Positions 19,942 to 29,360 of a DNA stretch of 64,000 bases are shown here, in pieces. Position numbers and translations under genes: made by a program. Numbering within the stretch: the first letter of the stretch is position 1; every line of letters starts with the position of its first letter. Origin of the DNA: an uncultured Thermodesulfobacteriota bacterium (GTDB taxonomy: Bacteria > Desulfobacterota > Anaeroferrophillalia > Anaeroferrophillales > Tharpellaceae); NCBI GenBank assembly GCA_964457755.1, contig CAYWGC010000002.1:80621-144620 (forward strand), written 5' to 3'. The notes below the pieces were generated by a model. It made no database searches. It had not been told where the DNA came from and saw nothing but the letters and a program-made list of their open reading frames with translations.

Positions 19942-20697
19942 TCAATTTATTATAATACTTTTAGTGGCCAGTTCGCGCCCGCTAGTGGTCGAAAAATCTT
20001 CTTTAATATGGGCTGCAAATTCAGTTTCAGAAAAAGGTTTCTCTTTATTCTGGGTTTGCAGGTGATAGATTTGGATGGCATCCTGGACGCACTTATAATC
20101 AAGATTTTCATGCTCTCCAGGGTGATAAATGTGGTCAAGGATGGCTAGAACCTTTTCACTTAACTCCTCTTTGGCATTGAGTCCTTCCAGGAGCTCTCGA
20201 CTCAAACGGACGGTCTCTTTTTCCAGATCTTCCAGTGATGGTTTTATCTCGCTTTTGTCCGCCAGTTTAGCTCCGATATTGTGGAGGTAGGCGGCACAGA
20301 GGACGACGGCCGGACTGGCTCCCTCTTCGGGCACAATTTTAGCTGCAAAACGGGCCACTTTGGTTGCCTGGCCGATATTTTTAAAATCTTTATGAAAATG
20401 TAGCTTCATTTTGAGGGCGACTCGATCTTTAAGGAGGTCATCCCGGCTGGCAAGCAGTTCGGGCGGCAGTTCTCCCATGCATTGTTCAGCGTATTGACAG
20501 TAGGAGGCACAGCCAAAATCCATTTTGGGATTGACTACCTGTTTACCGCAACCTTTGCATTTACAGGTGGTCTGATCCTTGAAAAACTCGATTTCAGTAC
20601 CGCATTCGGGACATTTTGAGTCGAAGATCGCATCGTGTTTCCAGTAACGGGAATCCTGTCCGGGACAACGCATAATATTTTCTCCAATGTTTGGCAC
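19942..20697 (-). CDS. Zinc-ribbon + HD-domain protein (predicted metal-dependent phosphohydrolase)
   Basis: N-terminal CPECG…CKCKGCGK zinc-ribbon; central H…HD-like motif (…AAYLHNIG…, …ILDHIYHPGEHEN…). Confidence 0.5.
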   Translation of the reverse strand: MPNIGENIMRCPGQDSRYWKHDAIFDSKCPECGTEIEFFKDQTTCKCKGCGKQVVNPKMDFGCASYCQYAEQCMGELPPELLASRDDLLKDRVALKMKLHFHKDFKNIGQATKVARFAAKIVPEEGASPAVVLCAAYLHNIGAKLADKSEIKPSLEDLEKETVRLSRELLEGLNAKEELSEKVLAILDHIYHPGEHENLDYKCVQDAIQIYHLQTQNKEKPFSETEFAAHIKEDFSTTSGRELATKSIIIN

Positions 20698-20752
20698 ATA
20701 ATTTAAACTGTATTGATTCTGTATCTTTTAATCTTTTTAATATATAAATTCT

Positions 20753-20766
20753 TTGACTTAAGTCAA
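20753..20766. promoter_or_regulatory. Perfect palindrome TTGAC-TTAA-GTCAA (Crp/Fnr-family-type binding site) in the divergent intergenic region upstream of the Crp/Fnr regulator gene
   Basis: Read directly from the sequence. The TTGAY-N4-RTCAA architecture is the established FNR/Dnr-type consensus. Confidence 0.5.
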
Positions 20767-20878
20767 CCTGGTGAAATATTATTGGGAATATGTTATTGCT
20801 GATTTCAGTTGGCTGCTTTAGTATCTTCAAACCGTTAAAAAATCTGCGAATTTTTGCAATAGATTTTTATGGTGAAAT

Positions 20879-21577
20879 ATGGTCGATTCAAAAGATAAAT
20901 CCTTGGTTGAATGGCTTGGTGAGACCTCGCTTTTTGACGGGATGGAGGAGCTGCATCTGCGTGCCTTGAGCGGGATTGCCATGGTTGTCAGCTATAAAAA
21001 GCGAGCAGCTATTTTCAGTGAAGGTGATCAAGGTAATGGTTTCTATCTGGTAAAAGAGGGCAAAGTTAAGATTTATATGATCTCTCCAGATGGCAAAGAA
21101 CAAATTTTACATATTTTCGGTCCCGGTGAACCGTTTGGTGAGGTTCCGGTATTTGCTGGTAAAAGTTTTCCCGCTCATGCTATGGCTCTGGAAAACAGTC
21201 GCTTGGTTTTTTTGCCCCGGGATGATTTTATTGCTCTGGTTGCCGCCAATCCGGCTTTGGCCCTCAATCTGTTGGCAGCTCTCTCAATGCGGTTGCGGCA
21301 GTTTACCAAGATGATTGACGCCCTCTCTTTAAAAGAGGTTCCCGGTCGTCTCGCGGCTCATCTCCTGTTTCTCAGCGAAAAACAGTCGGATGGGGACCAT
21401 TTAAAGTTAGAACTCTCCAAAACTCAGCTTGCCAGTTTGTTAGGAACAATTCCGGAAACTCTCTCAAGGATGTTGAGTAAGTTGCAAAGGGAGGGGTTTA
21501 TCACGATTGAGGGTGCCAGTATCTCAATTGTTGATCGCCAAGGACTTGCAGAACTGGCTGAAATTGGTAAATTTTGA
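20879..21577 (+). CDS. Crp/Fnr family transcriptional regulator (cNMP-binding domain + C-terminal HTH)
   Basis: cNMP-binding beta-roll (…GDQGNGFYLVKEGKVKIY…GEPFGE…) and HTH (…LSKTQLASLLGTIPETLSRMLSKL…). It lacks the N-terminal Cys cluster of true FNR. Confidence 0.9.
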   Translation: MVDSKDKSLVEWLGETSLFDGMEELHLRALSGIAMVVSYKKRAAIFSEGDQGNGFYLVKEGKVKIYMISPDGKEQILHIFGPGEPFGEVPVFAGKSFPAHAMALENSRLVFLPRDDFIALVAANPALALNLLAALSMRLRQFTKMIDALSLKEVPGRLAAHLLFLSEKQSDGDHLKLELSKTQLASLLGTIPETLSRMLSKLQREGFITIEGASISIVDRQGLAELAEIGKF

Positions 21578-21581
21578 TGGC

Positions 21582-22700
21582 CTAGATATCTAAATGAAGT
21601 TTCTGGCCGACCATTATCTTTGAACTTTTAAGCTTGTTGATTTTTTTTAGTTTTGTAATCGGGATCTTAAAGCGACGACTGATTGCCCCCAGCGTGTCGC
21701 CGGTTCTGACGGTGTATTTTTGCCGGTTCTGGCTGGTTACTTTTGCTAAAGGCTTCAATTTTTTTAGAACAGATGCAACTTTATGCTTACTGCCTTCCGG
21801 GAGATTTAGGTTGAACTGACCACTGGGAAGCTTTTTGCTGACCAAGTGGTGGTTTAATCTCTTCAGAGTATGGTAGGCTAAGCCTGATTTGAGAGCGAAG
21901 TCGGCCAGTGAGAATTCATTTTTCAGTTTTAATGAAAGCGGTTGGGTCGGCAAAGGTTTATAGTGTTGGTCGGCAGAGATTGTAAAGCCGTAAGCTTGAG
22001 GATCAGTAAGAATTATTTTAATGGCCGCTAATCGATAGAGGTAACGTTCACTCTCTTCGGGTAGGCTGAGTTGGTAGTAATTATTTGAGTGCTGTTCATG
22101 TATGGCATTAGTTACCCTTCGTTCTCCGCAATTGTACGCCGCTAATGCTAAAGACCAATTTGAAAATTTCTCTTTGAGAAAAGCCAGGTATCGTAGGGCT
22201 GATTCGGTTGCGGCTAGAGGGTCGAGCCTTTCGTCTATCGAGTTGGTGATGCGCAGGCCCTGATGGCGGCCGGTATGTTTCATGAATTGCCAGAGACCCG
22301 CGGCGCCGGCCCGGGAGTGAATATCTTCGATTAAAGAGCTTTCAGCCACCGGCAGGAATTTCAAATCATCGGGCAGGCCAGCATCTTTCAGCTTTTTCCC
22401 AAAAAACGGAAGGTAGCGGGAACAGCGTTTCAACCACATCAAAACTTGAGCTCGATTATGGACTGCAATCGTGAATTCCCGGTCGAGCATTTCCCGGCTA
22501 TATTGTTCTTGCAAGGGGAGAGGTTCACCGCAGAAAGAGAAGCTTTCAGGTACTTTGAAACAGGGTACGCATTGACATTCAGTCTCAGTCTCTGCTGTTG
22601 GTTGTTTGTCAGCCCCGGCTGGAGAGCTGTTTACCATTGCTAAAAAGAACCCGATGGCAAGGATAATATATTTGATTTTATAAGCTTTTTTGCAGTACAT
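21582..22700 (-). CDS. Membrane-bound lytic murein transglycosylase (SLT domain) with a C-terminal LysM domain, MltD-like
   Basis: SLT catalytic motif region (…ESSL…, …LALAAYNCGERRV…) and a C-terminal LysM (YTVRTGDTLGAISRRF…). Confidence 0.85.
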   Translation of the reverse strand: MYCKKAYKIKYIILAIGFFLAMVNSSPAGADKQPTAETETECQCVPCFKVPESFSFCGEPLPLQEQYSREMLDREFTIAVHNRAQVLMWLKRCSRYLPFFGKKLKDAGLPDDLKFLPVAESSLIEDIHSRAGAAGLWQFMKHTGRHQGLRITNSIDERLDPLAATESALRYLAFLKEKFSNWSLALAAYNCGERRVTNAIHEQHSNNYYQLSLPEESERYLYRLAAIKIILTDPQAYGFTISADQHYKPLPTQPLSLKLKNEFSLADFALKSGLAYHTLKRLNHHLVSKKLPSGQFNLNLPEGSKHKVASVLKKLKPLAKVTSQNRQKYTVRTGDTLGAISRRFKIPITKLKKINKLKSSKIMVGQKLHLDI

Positions 22701-22783
22701 AAGGAGCTATCTAGTATTTTTTTTGATTTTCGTCAACCTAGATGGTCTGAAACCTATAACTGATGTTTAAAATTTAATTTTCG

Positions 22784-23494
22784 ATGTCTAGGAAAAGCGT
22801 AAAAAATAAAAGATCGAGATTGTGGCGGCAATTTCTATTGATAATGTTGCTGTTGATCTTTTTGTTGACGGTTTTACAGGTGTTTGTTTTTGGTTTTGTC
22901 AGGCCCCCTCTGACGATTCCTCGGGCTCGGGCCTGGGTTGCAAGTGCTCTTAAACAAGGAGTTTCGCCTAAATCTCGGCAGTGGGTTAACCTTGAAGGGT
23001 TTTCACCGCATCTGCGGCGAGCCGTACTGGCCTCTGAAGATCAACGTTTCTTGCGCCATCATGGTTTTGATTTTATTGAATTAGGTCTGGCTTTGCAGGT
23101 TCTGCATGAAGGCGGGGCTTTGCGTGGAGCCAGCACGATCTCCATGCAGACTGCCCGAACTATGTTTCTCTGGCCAGCGCGAAGCTGGTGGCGGAAATTG
23201 GCTGAAGCTTACTATACTATGTTGTTGGAATTGATCTGGAGCAAAGATAAAGTTCTTGAATTTTATCTGAACAGTGTTGATTGGGGGCCGGGGATTTTGG
23301 GCGCTGAAGCAGCCTCTCTAAAATATTTTCATTGTCATGCTCTTGATCTCAGTAGTGAACAGTCCGCTTTGCTGGCAGCAGTCTTGCCGGGGCCTCATCT
23401 TTGGCGTCCTGATCGGCCCTCTGATGCGGTTAAACGGCGGGTCGAAAGGATTCGTCAAGAGATGGAAAAGGTACCTTTGGTTGGAGAAAGGTAA
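22784..23494 (+). CDS. mtgA: Monofunctional biosynthetic peptidoglycan transglycosylase (GT51)
   Basis: N-terminal TM anchor and GT51 motifs (…ASEDQRFLRHHGFD…, …GASTISMQ…). Confidence 0.9.
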   Translation: MSRKSVKNKRSRLWRQFLLIMLLLIFLLTVLQVFVFGFVRPPLTIPRARAWVASALKQGVSPKSRQWVNLEGFSPHLRRAVLASEDQRFLRHHGFDFIELGLALQVLHEGGALRGASTISMQTARTMFLWPARSWWRKLAEAYYTMLLELIWSKDKVLEFYLNSVDWGPGILGAEAASLKYFHCHALDLSSEQSALLAAVLPGPHLWRPDRPSDAVKRRVERIRQEMEKVPLVGER

Positions 23495-23699
23495 ACTTAT
23501 GTTGATAGGGATCTGAAAACATCCTGTTTTTAAAGTTAATTATTGTTTATTTGCGAGCGTGCTAATTGATTTTTGGCTTACGGGTCTCAAGCCCGCATTA
23601 GTTGATTTTTATGGTCTTTCTCCTTGACAAGTTCCCGGCAACCGTTGTAGTCATCGTAACTCTCTATTTTTATTAAAAGAAAATATTTGCAGAATATTT

Positions 23700-24494
23700 A
23701 TGGGTTTTTTGGAGAATATTAAATTCTGGCGGCGCCGAAGATCATCTTTGCCTGCGGATGATGAGAATCTTAGTGCAAGCGGGTTTTCCGAGACGAATGC
23801 TTTGGGAGATTGTGACGATCATTGCGCTCATGTCGATGAGGTCGGGACAGCTCTTTATCAGAGTGGGGAAGGCCGGGTTTTTTTGTTTGGCCTCTTGTTG
23901 AGTGTGCTTTTTATCGGTCTGGTAATATACTATCTGTCTATCGATATAAAAGCCGGGCAGACCCTATTGCTAGCCTTTGTGGCGCACACCCTGGGGGGGC
24001 GTGCGGCTGGTATCGGGCTCTGTATTGCCTTTGGATTTTCAACCTGGGTGACGATCGCCTACAATATGTTTCTTGAGGTCTTGATCGTCTGTTACTGTTA
24101 TTCTCTTTTTGTTTTCTCTTTTAAAAATTATCTCAACTGTAAATGGCTTACTACCGCAACTAAAAATGCTGAAAAACAAGCCCTTAAACACAAAAACATT
24201 GTTGCCCGTTACGGCTGGTTGGGAATTTTTGCTTTTGTCATGATTCCTTTGCCCATTACCGGCCCGGCCGCGGGTTCAATTATTGCGTACTTTCTTAAGT
24301 TCAGTGTTAAGCGTAATTTTGCCGCAGTCTTTTCCGGTACTTTGGCATCAATTGTTATCTGGACTTTCTTTTTTGATTATCTTGACCGACATATCGATGT
24401 TTTTAAATATTTTGTGGTTGTGGTATTGTTGATTGTCTTTGTCTCTTACTTTAAAACCATTAAAAAATGGTTTTCCCAGGAGATAGAGGATTGA
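23700..24494 (+). CDS. Integral membrane protein, possibly COG2426 'small multidrug export'-like family
   Basis: ~70-aa cytoplasmic N-terminus then 4-5 TM helices; …IPLPITGP… resembles the COG2426 signature. Weak assignment. Confidence 0.35.
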   Translation: MGFLENIKFWRRRRSSLPADDENLSASGFSETNALGDCDDHCAHVDEVGTALYQSGEGRVFLFGLLLSVLFIGLVIYYLSIDIKAGQTLLLAFVAHTLGGRAAGIGLCIAFGFSTWVTIAYNMFLEVLIVCYCYSLFVFSFKNYLNCKWLTTATKNAEKQALKHKNIVARYGWLGIFAFVMIPLPITGPAAGSIIAYFLKFSVKRNFAAVFSGTLASIVIWTFFFDYLDRHIDVFKYFVVVVLLIVFVSYFKTIKKWFSQEIED

Positions 24495-24578
24495 TATAAG
24501 TTCTGTAGTTATTGATTTACCCGATATGTTTTGCTTAGAGCTGAGTTGTAAAAATTAATTTTATTTAGGTGGAGGGTT

Positions 24579-24860
24579 TTGATGGAAACGAGATTGGCAC
24601 TTAAGGGTGATGTTGCAAATATTGAAACCTGGGATGAGTTTTCACAAGAGCTTAACGCGGCAACTGATTCCGGGGTGGAGAAACTGGTTCTGGATATGGA
24701 GAGGGTAACTTATCTCAATTCAAGTGCGCTGGGCTCTATTGTTAGTGCCCAGAGAAAAGTTGCCGATCGTGAAGGTGAGATGGTGCTGGTCAATGTTTCG
24801 AAAAAATTACTCCAGTTTTTCGAACTCTACAATCTTACGGAAATTCTGACCATCGAATAG
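24579..24860 (+). CDS. STAS-domain anti-sigma-factor antagonist (SpoIIAA/RsbV-like)
   Basis: Typical STAS sequence with the phosphorylatable Ser region (…YLNSSALGSIV…). The ORF-track start is a TTG; an ATG follows at 24582 after a GGAGGG RBS. Confidence 0.8.
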   Translation: MMETRLALKGDVANIETWDEFSQELNAATDSGVEKLVLDMERVTYLNSSALGSIVSAQRKVADREGEMVLVNVSKKLLQFFELYNLTEILTIE

Positions 24861-24920
24861 AGTAATAAATGCGGCTGACCCGAAAATGTTATTTCCAGCA
24901 ACCGGGATTGGGACCTTTAG

Positions 24921-24993
24921 TTTGTGCCCGAACGGAGTGAGGAAGTACCCTTGGGGTGTCCCCTTCGAGCGCCAAGTGAAGCGAAGTTCACTG
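24921..24993. repeat. Copy of a ~45-bp dispersed intergenic repeat unit (GCCCGAACGRAGTGAGGAAGTRCCCTTGGGGTRTCCCC) plus a related flanking segment
   Basis: Nearly identical to two inverted copies at 45800-45843 and 45904-45956 (compared by eye: about 36-40 of 42 positions identical). Confidence 0.7.
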
Positions 24994-25074
24994 ATTTTCT
25001 CTGTCATTTAAGTGCCAATCACAAGAAAGTCCCTCCCCGAGGACTTGCCTGTTTTCCCCTGGGCCCTACTCCGT

Positions 25075-25914
25075 TTAAAAAAGTTCCGATCTTAGGTATT
25101 CGTTCACTTCGCTGAGAATTTCAATAATCATATCACGTTTTTGGGGGAGTTCCGTCGGAATCAATTCAAGCGTGACGGCACCCTCATAGTTGCGCTCTTT
25201 GAGCATGTAGAGAAAACGGGTTAAAGGGAGGATACCGCGTCCTGGAAAGAGATGTTCCCGACCGTGGCCATAATCACTGAAATGGATGTTTTTAATTCTG
25301 CCACTAACTAAAAGGCGTTGGGCTTCGCCGAGAAAGTTGGGGTTGTGGGAACCTATGTGGGTTGTGTCCAAAGTCATGAAAAGATTATGTTTTTCAATAA
25401 AATCAAGCATTTTTTCGGACTTTCTCAGGATGTTTGGGTTGTAGCGAATTCGGTTGCCGATATAGGGCATGTTCTCAAGGGTGACGATGACTTTGCTGTC
25501 GTCGACCAGAGTCTGATAATCTTCAACTTTATTAAACCAGCGCCGAAAAGTAAATTCCGGTGGGAACCAGAACGGGGGATGGAAATTTACTAGTGGGATC
25601 TCAAAATCTCGGGCCAATTCAACGCATTTAATAAGTGAGGTTCCACTATGGCCCCAGCCATGGAGTTTGAAAAAAGGGGCGTGGATCGAAAGGATTGGGC
25701 AGATAGGGAGCAGTTTTTCAATGATTTTATGGGGGTTACTATTCTCGAAAAGAGCGTTGATGATCAACTCGACTCCATCATAGCCACATTCAGAAGCGAT
25801 CTCGAAGATCTCGGAAAGTTTCCTTGTGAAGAGGGTGCCAGCAGAAAGGACGACAGCCCGTCTGGGTGCGATGATCCGGGGCAACGGGTTAAATGTGTGA
25901 TCTGAATCCATCAC
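25075..25914 (-). CDS. Sugar phosphate isomerase/epimerase (xylose-isomerase-like TIM barrel, AP endonuclease family 2)
   Basis: Composition and length typical of TIM-barrel 'sugar phosphate isomerase/epimerase' proteins (…GYDGVEL…, …HAPF…, …VTLENMP…). Confidence 0.65.
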   Translation of the reverse strand: MMDSDHTFNPLPRIIAPRRAVVLSAGTLFTRKLSEIFEIASECGYDGVELIINALFENSNPHKIIEKLLPICPILSIHAPFFKLHGWGHSGTSLIKCVELARDFEIPLVNFHPPFWFPPEFTFRRWFNKVEDYQTLVDDSKVIVTLENMPYIGNRIRYNPNILRKSEKMLDFIEKHNLFMTLDTTHIGSHNPNFLGEAQRLLVSGRIKNIHFSDYGHGREHLFPGRGILPLTRFLYMLKERNYEGAVTLELIPTELPQKRDMIIEILSEVNEYLRSELF

Positions 25915-25977
25915 TCTCTATTAACAAGAGTTACAAATAAATAAAACCAAAATCTTCAGGCCGAGTCATATTTTATT

Positions 25978-26904
25978 ATGGCTAAAGTTATTACAACGAT
26001 TATTCCAATCTTCATGCTGATTATGTTAGGGGCCGGGGCCCGGCGTTTTGGCTTTATGAAGGCCGATTTTATTGCATCAGCCAATCGCCTGGTCTTTTAT
26101 CTGGCGATTCCGGCTCTGGTTTTTCGGGCCTTGACAAAAGCCTCATTACGTTCTGAATTTGATCCCTGGTCGGTGATTATGATGGTGATTGCCGTGCTTT
26201 TTGTGGTCGCGTTGGCAGTTTTCTGTAATCGATGTCGGAAAGCTTTTGATGGACCTTTTCAGGGAACCTTTGCCCAAGCCACTATCCATGGCAATCTTGG
26301 TTATATCGGTTTGGCGGTGGCTTTTTACTATCTCGATGAGAGTGGTTTTGCCCGAGCCAGTATGATGGTTGGTTTTTTAATGATTCTCCAGAACTTGTTA
26401 GGGGTTGTTCTCCTGCAATACTACTGTTGCGAAAAAGAGGTTTCTCGTCGTGGACGCGACCTGCTCGCTTCAGTTCTTTTCAACCCGGTTATTCTAGCGG
26501 CCTTGGCAGGGATTATTTTCAATCTCAGTAATCTCCCTTTGCCGCAGATTTTTGATCGCTTTCTGATGATTTTAAGTGGCTTGGCTTTGCCTATGGGGCT
26601 TTTGTTGATTGGTGCATCAATCTCTTTTGCTATGCTCCGGCAATGGTTGCCGCAGGCAGTTTTGGTTGCCATCTTAAAACTTTTTTTACTCCCGGCCATC
26701 GGTTTGCTGCTTTTTCGATTGGCTGGGGTTGAGGCGCAAACTTTTGCACCGGGGTTGATCCTGTTGGCGGCACCGACCGCGACGCTGACCTATGTCATGG
26801 CCCGCGAGATGGGCGGCCATGTCGACCTGGCCGTCGCCTCAATCTCTCTGACAACAATCCTCTCGGCCTTCAGCTATGCTTTATGGTTGGGTTTTTTAGG
26901 TTGA
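25978..26904 (+). CDS. AEC (auxin efflux carrier) family membrane transporter
   Basis: ~10 TM protein with two repeated 5-TM halves (…IPIF.LI.LG…, …NPVILAALAG…). Confidence 0.75.
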   Translation: MAKVITTIIPIFMLIMLGAGARRFGFMKADFIASANRLVFYLAIPALVFRALTKASLRSEFDPWSVIMMVIAVLFVVALAVFCNRCRKAFDGPFQGTFAQATIHGNLGYIGLAVAFYYLDESGFARASMMVGFLMILQNLLGVVLLQYYCCEKEVSRRGRDLLASVLFNPVILAALAGIIFNLSNLPLPQIFDRFLMILSGLALPMGLLLIGASISFAMLRQWLPQAVLVAILKLFLLPAIGLLLFRLAGVEAQTFAPGLILLAAPTATLTYVMAREMGGHVDLAVASISLTTILSAFSYALWLGFLG

Positions 26905-26935
26905 GACAGGCCGATTTGGAAGAGTCTCGGCCGGA

Positions 26936-27775
26936 TTAGGTCTGTTTGGGAAAAAAATCTTTGATGATTTTACTGAACGGCCCAGGCTGGCCGTTAGCAA
27001 TTATGGTGTCGTCGATCTTTATAACCGGGATAAGATCCATGGTTGAGCTGGTGATCAAAACTTCATCGGCTTTAAGGGTTTCTGCCAGAGTGCACTCGCG
27101 CTCGATTTGTTTAATGCCGTGGACTTTGGCTTGTTGTAATATGTAGCTTCTGGTGACGCCCTTTAAGATGTGCTGGTCGGCGGGGGGGGTGTGCAGCACT
27201 TCATCCTTGATGAAGAAAATGTTGGCGGCCGTACCTTCACGTACCAATCCCGTTTCCGTAACAAAAAGAGCTTCCTGGTAGCCACTCTCTACGGCCTTTT
27301 GTTTCATCATGATATTGGGCAACAGGGCAATACTTTTTATGTCACAACGGCTCCAACGGATTTCAGGGACAGTCATAATTGCAACCCCTTTAAGGGGGAT
27401 TTGTGGGTCATATTCCGGGTGAGCTCTAAAGGTCATGGTCAGATTGGCTTTGATTTTGGAAGAGTAGTTGTGACGGCGAGGTTCAGTACCCCGGGTTATC
27501 TGGATATAGACCATGGTTTCGCTGAAACCGGCCTCTTTGATGCCGTGTTCTATCATAGTGGTAAGTTCTGTTGAAGATGCGGGCAGTTGCAGGAGTATGG
27601 CGTCAGCACTTCTCTGAAGTCTTTCGAGATGTTCCTGGATGAGAAAGGGCTTGCCGCTACGCGTGACAATGACTTCGTAAATGCCGTCAGCAAAGAGGTA
27701 GCCCCGGTCATTTATCGGAACGAAGGCTTTTTCCAAGGGCATGAATCTGTTATTGATATAGGCTATTTCCGGCAT
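26936..27775 (-). CDS. Class IV (fold type IV) PLP aminotransferase: D-amino-acid or branched-chain aminotransferase
   Basis: …NDRGYLFADGIYEVI… and the catalytic Lys region; a 279-aa size favours D-amino-acid aminotransferase. Confidence 0.8.
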   Translation of the reverse strand: MPEIAYINNRFMPLEKAFVPINDRGYLFADGIYEVIVTRSGKPFLIQEHLERLQRSADAILLQLPASSTELTTMIEHGIKEAGFSETMVYIQITRGTEPRRHNYSSKIKANLTMTFRAHPEYDPQIPLKGVAIMTVPEIRWSRCDIKSIALLPNIMMKQKAVESGYQEALFVTETGLVREGTAANIFFIKDEVLHTPPADQHILKGVTRSYILQQAKVHGIKQIERECTLAETLKADEVLITSSTMDLIPVIKIDDTIIANGQPGPFSKIIKDFFPKQT

Positions 27776-27809
27776 CTTAATGTTCCTCTGTTTTGCAGTT
27801 TACTTTGTT

Positions 27810-28565
27810 TTACGCATTGATTTTTGGTCGTAGGCTGTTCCGGTAGTTCTTGGCCTTTTCATTCCTGCTGTTGATAATCTTTTCCAGTCTGGCAAGGGTG
27901 TTTTGTTGTTTTATCTTGCCCTCTTTCTCTTCGAAATAGTTTATTTCATCATCAATCAATTCAATTGCGCGATCAAAAGGAAAAGGGTCGTGATCAGTAT
28001 GGCTTAAAGGAGGTTTTTTGTGCGAAACCTCTTTGATAAGTTTTATGGTTTCGGCGTCTATCTCTTTACTAGTATTAATCAGAGAAGGTGGATCACTTTT
28101 TTTGATAAATGTCAGGGCTGCACTCAGGGCTTCTGGGTAGTCGTCAGAAATATGGCATTTAAAGGGGATGAAATTGAAAAATTGGCCTATTTTAATGCTT
28201 AACTTTAGGGATGGGTTGAGACCATAATAGATTGCGGCTAACATCTGGTCTCGTTTTTTCATTTTGTCTATAACATAGCGTCGAGTCTCTAGAGATACTT
28301 TTTTCGTAATCCCAGAATAGTTGAAAATGTGAATGTAGGGTCTTTTCTGAAAATATTTCTCAATGATTTTAGCTGTAAAATCAAAAGCTTGTATGGCGTT
28401 ATTTAAATTTGGTGTGCCAAAATTATGGGTTAAAAGAATCTGTTCTCCAATAATATCAACAGAGATTTTATAATCTCCCCCGAAACTGACTTTATGCCAT
28501 TCCGGTTTGTTGAGGATAGGTAGTTTGGTGACGGGGCAGATATATGTATCGATGGGTAAACTCAT
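27810..28565 (-). CDS. Hypothetical protein (AT-rich, K/N-rich), no recognisable domain
   Basis: Long ORF whose stop overlaps the upstream acetyltransferase gene. GC is visibly lower than its surroundings. Confidence 0.4.
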   Translation of the reverse strand: MSLPIDTYICPVTKLPILNKPEWHKVSFGGDYKISVDIIGEQILLTHNFGTPNLNNAIQAFDFTAKIIEKYFQKRPYIHIFNYSGITKKVSLETRRYVIDKMKKRDQMLAAIYYGLNPSLKLSIKIGQFFNFIPFKCHISDDYPEALSAALTFIKKSDPPSLINTSKEIDAETIKLIKEVSHKKPPLSHTDHDPFPFDRAIELIDDEINYFEEKEGKIKQQNTLARLEKIINSRNEKAKNYRNSLRPKINA

Positions 28566-29182
28566 AGATGAAGATTTTCTTCTCTGTCAGATATCAGGTT
28601 GTGATTGATAAATTCTTCAATATTTGGTGTTTCAATCAGGTGTAGTTGTTCTCTGATTTTATCTATAGGCCAGTTCCACCAGGCAATTCTGAGGAGCGAT
28701 TCAATCTCCTCTTGAGAGAAACGAAAAGCGATTCTCAGAGCCGGGTTGCCGCCGACAATCTCATAATCTTCAACATCTTTTGCAACCACACTGGCTGCTG
28801 CAATTACGGCTCCATTGCCAATTCTTACACCTGAGAGGATGACCGCCCCTCGAGCAATCCAGACATCATTGCCGATTTCAATATTACCTTTGCCAGTTGG
28901 GTGCTCCCGGTTTTTAGGGAAATTTTCAAGCAGGCGGCCAAAAGGGTAGGTGCTGATCCAGTCACTGCGGTGATTACCGTCAACCAAAAGATGAACATCA
29001 TCAGCGATCGAACAGAATTTACCGATACGCACCCCGTATTTTTGCGACCATCGGTGAATCTTGGGTTTGCCGTAGCTGTAGGCCCCGATTTCGATGTTGG
29101 TCTCTTCTATCAGGTCGCAGGTAAAAGGGTTTTTCTTTTTATCCTTACCCTTGCTGGAGAGTAATTTCTTAATAAAGTTCAT
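28562..29182 (-). CDS. Hexapeptide-repeat xenobiotic O-acetyltransferase (CatB/Vat family: chloramphenicol/streptogramin A acetyltransferase-like)
   Basis: …YSYGKPKI……IGKFCSIADDV… and the left-handed beta-helix repeats (…IGNDVWIARGAVILSGVRIGNGAVIAAASVV…GGNPA…) are characteristic of Vat/CatB enzymes. Confidence 0.85.
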   Translation of the reverse strand: MNFIKKLLSSKGKDKKKNPFTCDLIEETNIEIGAYSYGKPKIHRWSQKYGVRIGKFCSIADDVHLLVDGNHRSDWISTYPFGRLLENFPKNREHPTGKGNIEIGNDVWIARGAVILSGVRIGNGAVIAAASVVAKDVEDYEIVGGNPALRIAFRFSQEEIESLLRIAWWNWPIDKIREQLHLIETPNIEEFINHNLISDREENLHL

Positions 29183-29282
29183 TGTCGATGGTTAGATGAA
29201 AGGGCAGAGGGTAAAAGAGGTATAACGAGTGGCAGTTTATACGGTGTGGTGGTCTTTAAAGTCAAGTTTTTCTTTGTTTTTT

Positions 29283-29360
29283 AACCACGGATTACACGGA
29301 TAACACGAATACCCAAAAGAGTCTTGGTTTTATCCGTGCCAATCCGTGTGATCCGTGGTT
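29283..29360. repeat. 78-bp nested palindromic element (three CACGRAT units facing three ATCCGTG units; perfect 10-bp outer arms AACCACGGAT/ATCCGTGGTT)
   Basis: Read directly. It lies between the FAD-oxidase stop and the acetyltransferase start, at the edge of the low-GC islet. Confidence 0.7.
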
